64,000 bases of DNA from Azolla caroliniana (Eukaryota; Plantae; Polypodiophyta). The notes below the pieces were generated by a model, which saw nothing but the letters and a program-made list of their open reading frames with translations, searched no databases and was not told the DNA's origin. A program made the position numbers and the translations under genes. The stretch covers positions 13,950,001 to 14,014,000 of the forward strand of contig JBHGNT010000002.1 of assembly GCA_043228905.1 (NCBI GenBank). The letters are read 5' to 3'. The first letter of the stretch is position 1. Each line of letters starts with the position of its first letter. Shown here one piece after another: positions 19,975 through 30,845 of this stretch.

Positions 19975-22258
19975 CACATCATGGTACTTGCCTCCGACTT
20001 TGGACCTCACCTCCAATCTGAGTTCTGACGATGAGGTCAGCAAGGCCGAGATGCCTCTGGATAAGCCTGAAATCGGGACCCACGAAGAGAGTCCGATTTC
20101 GTTTTGGTTAAGTGGACCGAATGGACGACTGAGTCGGTTCGACCAGTCTGATGAAGAGCTGGCGAGTAGTGGAGACTCGGCCGTGCATTCCCCGCGCAGG
20201 AAGCCGAAGAGACGTCTTACACGCAAAGAGAAAGGGAAGAAGAAGGTGTCAGATTCCGACACGGATAGGAACGAGTCAGACCGACACGACTCCGACTCCG
20301 AGGGAAGCGGTGGTGGGTCTTCAAGAGCGAAGTCCGTGTCGGCCGAGAAGACCTCGACATCGGCTAATGACCGATTATGCCGATCTACCCGCCAGAAGAA
20401 CCTAGTTGTGCGGTTCAGATACAACGAGTACATGATGCATCATTATGCATACATGACCCGTGTAGTGGAAGTGTGTGAGCCGAAGAGCTACGCAGAAGCA
20501 GCTAAGGACGTGAATTGGCTCGCCGTGATGGAGGAAGAGATGCACGCATTGGTGGAAAATGAGACGTGGGACCTGGTTGACGCACCGAAGGGTGTGAAGC
20601 CGATCAGATGTTGGTGGGTGTACAAGGTCAAGTACAACACCGATGGCTCAATCAACCGATACAAGGCCTGGTTAGTGGCAAAAGGCTACGCGCAAAAACA
20701 CGACATCAATTATGATGAGATGTTTGCGCCGGTCGCGAAGATGAGGATCGTTTGTGTTTTGCTCGCGGTAGCTGCGGCAAAGGGGTGGCACTTACATCAG
20801 ATGGATGTAAAGAATGCGTTCTTGCAAGGTGAGCTTGAGGAACAGGTGTACATGGTACAACCCCCTGGATTTCACTCCGGAACGAACACTTCGGCGGTGT
20901 GCCGATTGAGGAAGTCCCTTTACGGACTGAAGCAAGCCCCACGTGCCTGGAACGCGAAGATCACGTAGCAACTGCGTCAGTTGGGCTTTGTAACATCCAA
21001 ATCAGACTCTTCCCTGTTCATCCGGAAAGGTCGACTCGGGCCGATCAGTATTTTACTATATGTTGATGACTTGGTCATCACCGGCGTCGACCTAGGTGAA
21101 ATCGACCGCGTGAAGCTCCAGCTTGTGGCATCATTCGACATGAAGGATCTAGGGGACCTTCATTACTTCCTCGGGATCGAAGTGATCCGCACCTCCGAAG
21201 GCATACCGATCAGCCAACGACAATACGCACTGAATATGCTCTTCAAATTCGGGATGGCTGATTGTAAGTCCGTCTCGACTCCTCTGGATAGAACCGTCAA
21301 GCTTCGTCCCAATTCTGGCAAGGTTTGCGATCCAACAAGGTTCTGACAAATTGTCGGAAGCCTTATCTACTTGACAATCACCCGACCCGATCTCAGTTAT
21401 CCGGTCGGGGTGATCAGTCAGTTTATGGTGTGACCTATCGAGGAGCACCTTCAGTGTGCGCAATGCGTACTGCGGTACGTAAGCAGCACTAAGGACCGGG
21501 GACTGCTATTTCGGACCGGTCTAGCCCTGCACTTGGTCGGCTACACCGATGCTGATTGGGTTGGCAACGCCGCTGATCGCCGATCCACATCCGGATACGC
21601 GTTCTCTCGAGGGAGTGCCACGATTGCGTGGAGCAGTAAGAAGCAGTCGACAGTTGCACTGTCGAGCTCCGAAGCCGAGTATAGAGGAGCGGCTGTCGCG
21701 ACATGCGAAGCCATATGGTTGAAGCGGCTACTTAAGGATCTGCAGGTGGAGGTGTCTGATCCGACGACGATCTACTACGACAACGTCAGCAATATCCAGC
21801 TCGCGAAGAACCCCATCTTCCACGCACGGACCAAGCACATTGAGGTGCACTACCATTTTGTCCATGAGTGTGTCCTTTCTGGTCAAGTCGAACTTCAGTA
21901 TGTTCCGACGGATCGGCAGACCGCCGACATCTTCACCAAGCCTCTTGGTCTGGACAAATTGTGGCAATTCTCGGGTGCGCTTGGGTTGCATCACCTCGAC
22001 GTGTCGAACTTGAGGGGGAGAGGCATCCTAGATGACCACGGAAGGGAGCAGGAAAGGAGCGGAAAAGACCGTGATGCCGAGACGGATGACGAATTTGACT
22101 TCGGATCGGCTGAAGAAGCCGATGGCGGATCCGCGGAAGAGTCCGAAAGCAGACATAAGGGGAGCAGTCGGAAGAAAGAGCCAAAGCCAACCAAGCATGG
22201 GGGAGATGATGCCGTCAAGGGCAAGAAGACCGAAGACGAGTTGGAGACAGCCAACTAG
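19975..22258 (+). pseudogene. copia B linker-RT-RH (3' part) with acidic C-terminal extension
   Basis: ORFs 19988-20968, 20981-21346 and 21533-22258 with copia RT/RH motifs and in-frame stops. Confidence 0.9.
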
Positions 22259-23865
22259 GACGAGAGCGAAAACCGATCGGAGGTAGACGAGTCGGTTCAG
22301 ATGTTTGATTCAGATACACTAAATCAGCCGAGGACCGGATCGGTTGGGACAGATCGGTTAGGCCGGACCGATGCGTAAAACGGATGCGTAAACCGGTACC
22401 GAAACCGATGCGTAACGAGAGGCCGTATCGGTGCGTAGACCGAAAGGCCCTTAGAAGGATATTCCTCATAAGGAATAGTTTTGGGAGTAAGTGTCGAGGC
22501 TCATTTATGAGCAGTGAAGTACTGTCAGTACTTGTGTCAGCTCGATTGTCAGGGCTTGTATAAAAGTGCTCACTAAGCACATCCTATGTACAGATTGAGT
22601 ATTATTTTTGAATCAAGTTCTAGTGTTTTACTCTCTCTCTCTCTGTCTCTCCCGTGCGTACTTTGCAAACCTAAGCTTTCCATTAAACCTGCGCATTTTC
22701 TCTGTGTTCGTTTTTCTATTGCTTCCGCACATTATCTTTTACAGAGATGAAAGACTGTATGTTATATTAACCAAAATACTTCCAATTGTTAATCCTTGGG
22801 GCAGGACTAGCCCTAACACAGGGTGTCCCTCTAGGACACTTCACCAAAGGGTGGTGCAAGTGGGGTAGGCGTAGACAGTGATAGAAACGTATTCCTAACT
22901 GGCTATTAGCAGGCGTGGTTAATGATTTCAATACACGCGTAAGATAGATTCTATTAGGCATAGAACGGTAATTAACTTAAAGCTTCAAAGATTAAGAAGA
23001 TGTAGAAGAACAGTACTCTCATTAATAAACCGCTAATTGATTACAATCTAACCGGGTCCTTTAATAGGTCACCGGCTTTGAGTACGAACTGGTGCCAACC
23101 GGCAATCGGCTACGAACCGGTCTGGATCTGGATTGGCATACCAAATCCGGGTCCCTCTGTTCGCTTCTCAAAATATAATAATTATAGATGGTTCTAAAAT
23201 AAATATCCCTTTCCCATTCTGGACTTTATCCGGCTTGTAAGTCTTTGCCGGTCATCACATGGCATGCCCGTGGGACAATATTTTGTATGTCGAATCCCAT
23301 GGTTCGCCCTTCAATCTTCCTCCAAAATATCAAGAATGCTTTGGTCCAAGGGTTCTAAAGGCTCATCGGGGAGTTGCTCCGTCGTCGGCTGCCGCTCCTG
23401 CTCTGGCTGCTGCCGTTGCTGCTCTGGCTCTTGTGGTCTCTCCGGTTCTACTGGTCTCCAGGTTTCCGGTTCTAGTTCTGTCGGTTTGGGCTCCTCCTGC
23501 TCATGGTTATCGGTGTGCAGGTTTTCCTCCTTCGGCTGCTCCCCTGGAGTTTCGTTTGGCTGGCCTCCCCCGGTTCTAGCTTCATTTGGTGCCTGCTTCG
23601 AAGACTGCTCTTCGTCACTGATATTGATCGCCACAATTCTTCTAGCTACCTCTTGCCGTTTCCGTTCTCGTTCATACCGTTCGAACTGGAGTTGTGTATC
23701 CAGCTGGTCGTCATCCAACTGTTCCACCAATTGCCTCACCGCTGCCAATTGGTCCCCGACTTACGATAGGAAGTTGTCCGTCAATTCCTCCCTTATGGTT
23801 ACAATGTTCTCTTCGTCCAGTTTATAGAAATCGTAGTTGTCCTTCCTCTAGTTCTCCGCATCCGC

Positions 23866-25080
23866 TGTCGTGTGAATCTTCACACACTATGTAAAAAAAT
23901 AATGAAATAATTATTATAGATTAGATTAGTAGCTTACTATAGAAAGATGGATATACTCAAGAGCTTCAAAATGTATTTTACTATATACAAAATGGAGAAA
24001 TACATATGAAGTTATGGGAAAATGAAGTTTGATTAGATAGAGAAATTAGAACTATCTCACATAGATAGGAAAGTTAAGGCCCTAGCTATATAAACACCTT
24101 GAGCTCCCTCATTTTTCATTTGTGCTAAGAGCACTTTGGCCACTTTGTCTTGATGGATGATGGTGGCCAAATTCCTTAAAACCGGAAATCGGCCGGTAAA
24201 CAAATCCGGAAAATGGGTCCGGTAAGCAAAACCGGAACCGGAATTGGCAAGCAAACCGAAACCGGAATCGGCAAGCAAACCGGAACCGGAACCGGCAAGC
24301 AAACCGGAACCGGAACCGACAAGCAAACCGGAACCGGCCGGCAAGCAAAACTGGAACCGAAATTGGCAAGCAAACCGGAACCGGCCGGCAAGCAAAACCG
24401 GAACCGAAACCGGCAAGCAAACCGGAACCGGTCGGCAAGCAAAATCGGAACCGGAACCGACCGACAAGCAAAATGGAACCGGCTACCGGACGATGTTGGA
24501 CGCGGACGGATGAAAGATTGGATCATGCAACAAACTAAAGTAAAGTGAAGAGAACTAAAGTAAAGGCCATGTGGACGCAAGCAACTAAAGAAGGGAGTGC
24601 ATGGAAAAAGTAAAGGTCATGTGGATAGTCACATGCAACCAAAAGAAAAAGCTAGGCAACTAAAAGTAGAGGCCATGCAACAAAAAGTTAAAAGGCTATG
24701 ATCAAGAGAGAACTCCATTTTTATTCCATTTTTTTTTTCCTACACGGGGATAGACTCTCCATATTATCTTAAATTTTCTTCTCAACTCCCTTATCTTAGG
24801 AAGCCATAATACTCATAGAACCTAATCCTAATCTTCCCTACGGAAGCCATATCTACCAAAACCCCTAATTTTTCTTTTCTATTAATCTTAGTAAACCTAA
24901 AACTTCTAAATCCCAATCTTGGGACATATTGTAATTTCTTTTCCCTTTATTAATGAAATTTGTGAATCTTTATCATTTTGCATTAATTGTTTAATATAAT
25001 CATACGAATCCGATATCTTCTGGTCGGAGGCCCCGGGGTCCTGCCTCAAGTTCGCGTATCCTCGTCGTATTTTCGCGACA
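23866..25080 (+). mobile_element. Solo LTR of the tRNA-Trp-primed family
   Basis: TGTCGTG...TCGCGACA; 4-bp TSD CCGC at 23862-23865 and 25081-25084; ends homologous (inverted) to LTR 49837-51074. Confidence 0.88.
24178..24490. repeat. Degenerate tandem array (units of AAACCGGAACCGG and CAAGC) inside the solo LTR
   Basis: Repeated AACCGG and GCAAGCAAA modules visible directly. Confidence 0.9.
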
Positions 25081-28000
25081 CCGCTCTCAGCAATTGTAAC
25101 TCTGCTACCTGTTTAGCCCATTGAGACCACCATTGAACCAAAATTTCTTCCACTAGTCTCTTCGTCCGGTCTCTCCATGTCCACATGAGATCACGGATTC
25201 GCCCCAGCCCCATCTTCGACTTATGTTCCACGGCTTGTTTTTTGTCTTTCAATTGTTTGATAAGGCTCGCGGTTGCCGTTTCTTGGCTTCTGTAGTGCAT
25301 GAGCTGTGTCTGGTAGGTCGTTTGAACTTTGTTCAGAGCCATTGTAGCGTGCTCCATTGCCTCTAAGTGCTGCCAGGTCAGCTCCATCCGTTCTTTCGCC
25401 GCATCTGCCAGTCTTTTTGCTGCTTCAGCCCCCTTTGACTGTTCCTCTACCAGGGCTGCCGCTGTTCGGTTAACCTCATCCCGAGGTTCCCGTAACTTCT
25501 CCTGCTACCGGTCACTTTCCGTGATCAATTGCTTGTGTTCCGCATCCAAGTGTTTGTGATCCTGGTGCACCCGATCAAAGTTGTCCGTTTTTTGTTTCAA
25601 CCTTTGATTGATCAGACGGCGAGCACGGTCCTCCTGGTCTTTTTGTTGTCGGAGCTCTTCTTTGAGTCACTCGATCTCCACTTCCGCCGAGCGCCAGAGT
25701 TTGTCCTTTTCCTGTAGGAGTTTTTCTTTTTCTTCCTTCAGTCGGTCATATGCTTGGTGACCTTTTCGCAGGCTTTCTTCGGCTCGCCGGAGGCTTTCGG
25801 CTAATTTCTTTTGTTCTTCCTTTGCCGCCTTCTTCCCTTCACGTTCTCTAGCCCTTAAGGCCTCTTGGGCTTCCAATTCTTTTTTCAGCGTGGCAAGTTC
25901 TTGTTCTTGTTCGTTATTATTATCTGGGACTATTTTAGTTGCCGGGGGCTTATTATTCTGTACACTCACTGGTGCCACCGGTTCTAATTGTTTTGGTCCT
26001 TTGATGACCAGCTTCGCCGCTTCTTCTCTGGTCTTTTCCATTTCTTGTTCCATACTCCGGATTCTCGACTGGGCCTTCTCTAGTTCTTCAGTTGTGGCGA
26101 GCAACTGGTCCACGTGTGCTCTTTCTTCTGCTTCTATGTGGCACACCACCCTGGCCACTTGTTCTTCTATCCACCGTAGCCATTGACTGCCGGTGCTTTG
26201 TTGTTGTGCCAGTTCTAGTCGTGGTGTGGCTTCTTCACTCGCGAGGGACCTATTCTGGGTGGTTAGCGGTAGTTTCTGTTCTTGCTGTTGTTGCGTCGAC
26301 GATACCAGCAATTCAATCACCGGTTTTTGAACCTCCGGTTCCACAATTTCTTGCCACACAAGTGCTACTAACACTGGATCTGGTTGAACCAGTTTTGACT
26401 CCTTCCTTGGCTGCAGCTCCTCGGGGCGGGGCTTTCGTATACTATCCCTTACTGGACTTGATTTCTCCCCTCTGTGGCCCTCGTCGCATGTCTGTTTGCA
26501 ACGTACTTGGGGCTCGACAGGTTCTTCTTCCTGCTCCTCTGCTAAGGTGCCGCTATTGATTAACGCCGCCAAGGGGTCTTGGTCCTGTGGTTGTTCCGAT
26601 TGTTGTTCGGGCCGACGCAACTTAATTTTTAAGGGTCTCATCGGTGTTTCCACCGGTGTCTCCTTCTTTGCCGTACGCTTCCGGCTAGGCTACTCCTTCG
26701 CCTTCTGTGAGGAGCCGACCACTTTCCATCCGATCGCTTGTTTAGCCAGGAGTTGTTGCCTTTTTGAAGATTGGTTGGGGGTTTCTTCAGTCGGTCTCCC
26801 CCGCTTCTTTTGCTGTATCGACTCTACCGGTGGCGCTAAAAGAGTGAGCCATTGCGCCACCACTGTCCACATCTTGTTGCCGTCCTTTACTGAGTCTATG
26901 GCTGCACTCAAACTATCAGCGATGATCACCGGCCAATTCACTTGTACTCCGGTCGTTTTTCATTACTTTTCACCGGGCATTGGTTGCTGTAATGGCCTTC
27001 CTATCTGCAATAATAACACTACGCTTTCTGGGTATTGCTGGATTCTGCTTTTGGCCCGGTTCTGGGTTGAAATCCTATTGCTGGCCGATTAGGCTCTTCC
27101 ATTCGTCTTTGTTCTGGCTGGGTGCTACTCAAGCCTCTCTCCGGCTCTCGTGGGTATTCCTTTGCCAGTTCTTGACGCTCCTCCTTTCGGTTGTTTCGTT
27201 TCTTATCAAAACGTCGGTGGTTCTTGTATCCTTGTCGATGGCGATCATCATAATCCCCACGCTGATCCTCTCCCCTTCGGTTGTAACTTGGAGAGTGATT
27301 GCGATTAGAACGGTCACCATTGTGATCCCGGTACCTGTCGTACCGGTCCTGGTCATAAATGACCCTTCTGTCGATGTATTGGACATCCTGTACTAGCCGA
27401 TAACGCCCGTCTCGATGCCAACGTTCTTCTTCCTCTTCCCGGTCGCTGCGGGTATCGATTTGTCTTACCAGTGCCGGTTCAGTAAGTTATATTCGCATCG
27501 GTCCATTGTGTGCCACTTGGAATAACATAACATGAACTGTGACCGCATGGTACATTCTATTGCAGAGTGCTTGGCATTGAGACAAGTTGTACATTGTATA
27601 GCTTGCCGAAAACGTAGGTCTTCTTCTGTCGGTAATGTACGTTGGAGTGCCCCCATTGTTAGCCACGAGCTCATTTTCTCCATCTCTCTAACCCGGTCTA
27701 TGACCTGGTCGATCGTGCTAGTGCGGAAATCAATGACTGCGCACACCGGACGCAGGGGTTCCCGGAGCGCTGCTATGAATATTGCTTTAGCCTCTACTTT
27801 TGGTGGTGCACGACTTAGCTGGCTGTGCATCCCTGGAACCGGATTACGAATTGTTGAATGGTTTCTGTAGGTTCTTGCCGTATGGTGTAGAATAGGCCGA
27901 CTATCTCTCGTTGATTCACCTCCTTGTTGAAGAATTGTAAAAATCTGGTTTTCAAGTCTTCAAACGTAGTGATGGTGCCGGGAAGGTGCGTCAAGCGCCA

Positions 28001-29708
28001 TCGCGCGACTGGTCCTTCCAAAGTCATGCCAAACTCTGTGATCTTCGATCGTTCGGCTTTGGTGGTGTTTAAGTGTTGTGACACATGGTTCGCTTCCCAT
28101 GTTTGTAGAAATGCATACATATGGGCTTCCGCGTCTAGATCATCCCGATACTTGGGATATTGGAACGACATATCGTCGTCCGGTGTCAGAACTCGAGCTG
28201 GTGGTGACGGAGGTCTCTCCCCCTCTTCTGTTGAAGGCGGTGTTGGAGGTCTTTCCTCCTCTTTTTCCGGCGTTGAAGGTCTTCCCTCTTCCTCCTTCGG
28301 AGGCCCGCGTGGCGGTGTCAGAGGTTGATCCGCCTCGTGCCTTCCTGAAGCTTCCGGTTCTGTTATCACCGATTCCGGTGTCGGTATATTATCCGATTCC
28401 TCATCCTCCGGTCCGTCCGGGGTGTCGTGACTGCTGTGGTAATTCGAATGTGCGTTGTACTCGTCGTCCGAATCTGATTCAAATGTCTAAAATGGTTCTG
28501 AATCGCCTTCTCCCACTGCTAATGCCTGTAGGATGGATTCCGCTTCTCTCAAACTACTTAAACTACTTCCTTCGTCTAGATGGGAATTTTGCTGCACACG
28601 GAGTGACTCCGCGGCCACTCGCCGGATCACCTTTGAAAAGGATGGATCTGTGCGGATTTCTTCCGCCACCTGGTGGTATCCTTCGTGCTTCCCCAATTGT
28701 TCAGCGAGTCGTTGCGCTTCCTCCGTTGCTGGGTCGTTTGTTGGTCTAGTCATCCATGCCCCCTGCTGTTCACTGCACTTGAGCAAGAATCGTGGTCGCC
28801 AAAAATTGTGTTACTCCTTGGGGCAGGACTAGCCCTAACACAGGGTGTCCCTCTAGGATACTTCACCAAAGGGTGGTGCAAGTGGGGTAGGCGTAGACCG
28901 TGATACAAACGTATTCCTAACCGGCTATTAGCCGGCGTGGTTAATGATCTCAATACACGCGTAAGATAGATTCTATTAAGCAGAGAACGGTAATTAACTT
29001 AAAGATTCAAAGATTAACAAGATGTAGAAGAACAATACTCTCATTAATAATCTGCTAATTGATTACAATCTAACCGGGTCCTTTTATAGGTCACCGGCTC
29101 CGAGTACGAACCGGTGCCAACCGGCAACCGGCTACGAACCGGTCCGGATCCGGATCAACATACCAAATCCGGGTCCGTCCGTTCGCTTCTCAAAATATAA
29201 TAATTATAGATGGTTCTAAAATAAATATCCCTTTCCCATTCTAGACTTTATCCGGCTTGTAAGTCTTTGCCAGTCAACACCAACAATAACTAAGTTACAA
29301 GGGGTTGGTTTAAATACCAACTAAACTAGGGCAAGTGCCCTTTCTACTAATTACAAAACTAGTTTGGAATGACCATGAGCTAGTGTGAAACTTATTATTA
29401 TGGGAAGTTGAGTTCAACTCTCAACATCCTACCAATTTGGCCTCCTAAAAAATCTATTGATATATTGATATTAACATATACAACTGTAGTGGGTTTAAAC
29501 TTGAAACGAATTGAGACATGCTTATTTTACCCTTGAGACAATCAAACTGAAACCAAATTTAACATTAGGGTTGTGCCAGATAATGTCAACCAAAATGAAC
29601 CTAATCGTAATAAGAAAATGCTTGACAGAAACAAACACTATGCTAGTCATCATTCATACGTACCAAACAACCCACATTAAGACTAGGTTAAATAAAGGTC
29701 AAACTCAC

Positions 29709-30354
29709 CATAAAACTAGCGACACACTCCTTCAAGTCAACATACTTTCCAGGTGAGCCAGTGAAAACCTCAGCAACATTGAAGGGTTGACTAAAAAATC
29801 GTTGGATTTTCCAGGCACGAGCAACTGTCATTTAACCATCTTCACTAAGCTCATCCATACCCAAAATGGCAATGATATCTTGAAGATTCTTGTAGCTTTG
29901 CAAGACCTTCTGCACTCCACGAGCACAATCATAATGTCCTTCACCCAGGATGTGAGGTGAAAGCATGTGAGATGTTGAATCTAAAGATTCGACAACTGGG
30001 TAGATACCAAGTTAAGGAACCTATGATGCCAAGAAAAGATGGGAAATATTAGAATCAAAAGGATACAAATCAACAAATCAACAAATCAAATAGATATTTG
30101 TTAGGTAAAAACAAACCAAACTTGTTGGGCATTTACAATAGCAGCCCAAGCCACAAAGAAAATATTGTATATCCCTCAAAGTTTAAAATATCCTTACTAA
30201 CTGGGGAGGTATTCTGGTCCTTCTCAAAACATAGGGTTACTTTGGTAACTATGCAAAAAATTATGAGTACTCTTGCAATTTTCATTATGTTTTATGAATT
30301 CTGTAACAAACCTATTTGGAAAGCAGTGAGCACAATTGTGGCATCAAGATGGGC
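29709..30354 (-). pseudogene. ATP2: Captured genomic fragment of nuclear-encoded mitochondrial ATP synthase beta subunit (partial exon + intron + full exon)
   Basis: My translation of exon 29709-30020 reads [94 protein letters not shown], bounded by AG and GTGAG. The upstream piece 30312-30354 gives AHLDATIVL followed by GT. Contains stops; not in the ORF track. Confidence 0.9.
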
Positions 30355-30845
30355 ATCAAGAAGACCTTGCCCTCAAATACATGGAAATAAAGCTAGATCG
30401 AGGGAATTCACATGATGACAAAGCTAAAATTCTACGAAAAAAAGTCGTACTTTTGACAAAAACAACACAACAAGAAATGCAACATACCTACTGAAGAAAA
30501 TAACAGTAAAGAAAATACCACATCTTTTGATTTGGAAGAAACCTTAAGAACACATAACCTCAAATATTTGAGATACCCTCACATTGCATTTGGTCAAAGA
30601 AATAGAATGCATTCTAGCAACAAAATCTAGAATAAAAACCTTAAGCACACATAACATCAAATATTTGAAGGTCCATGAAAGGAAATAAAGGTAAAAAAGA
30701 ACCACATGATGAAAAATTTACTTTAATAAAATATGATATTGATATAACTCGAACTATGTCCAATGTATCAAAATGGAGCTTAAATAAAAGAAAAGTAACA
30801 TAAGGCTATTGTGTTGAATAATAACTTATAGAAATTAGAAGTATT

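Larger units (their letters stand above)
7465..22743 (+). mobile_element. Ty1/copia element B (decayed, near full-length), inserted in the copia A LTR
   Basis: TSD GAGAT at 7460-7464 and 22744-22748. 5' LTR 7465-7889; 3' LTR ~22326-22743 with its start deleted. PBS TGGTATTAGAG at 7890-7900. Gag (KLDRNNYASWSYKM, CWYCGKKGHRESEC), PR (WYIDSGASNHMT), INT, RT ([15 protein letters not shown]) and RH (YTDADW, ADIFTK), with stops. Split by the gypsy element at 10205-19969. Confidence 0.9.
22787..29279 (-). mobile_element. Athila-like sister element, internally deleted (gag + extra ORF, no pol)
   Basis: LTRs 22787-23257 and 28809-29279 (471 bp, several mismatches). TSD CCAAT/CCAAC. PBS at 28792-28801. 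Gag ~26950-28753 is homologous to the intact element and joins directly to the extra-ORF homologue (VNWPVIIAD...AQWLTLL). Second PBS-like site at 23260-23276. Confidence 0.9.
1..29426 (-). mobile_element. Ty1/copia element A (decayed), host of several nested insertions; runs off the left edge
   Basis: Minus-strand RT start (DPRWVDAMNEEMEALCKNKTWDLV, 60-249) and gag/PR/GAG-pre-INT/INT remnants at 4732-7190 (WFVDSGASN, LWHKRIGH, IHSDVWGP, LYWAEAVNT). Met-i PBS TGCTATCAGAGC at 7297-7308. The 5' LTR is split into 7309-7464, 22749-22786 and 29285-29426 (starts TGTTGAG on minus, contains TATTTAAA). Many stops and frameshifts. Confidence 0.8.

Noticed and set aside
24057-24580. Repetitive ORFs (RFRFAC, KPEPEP)
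   Set aside because: Translations of a tandem repeat inside a solo LTR.
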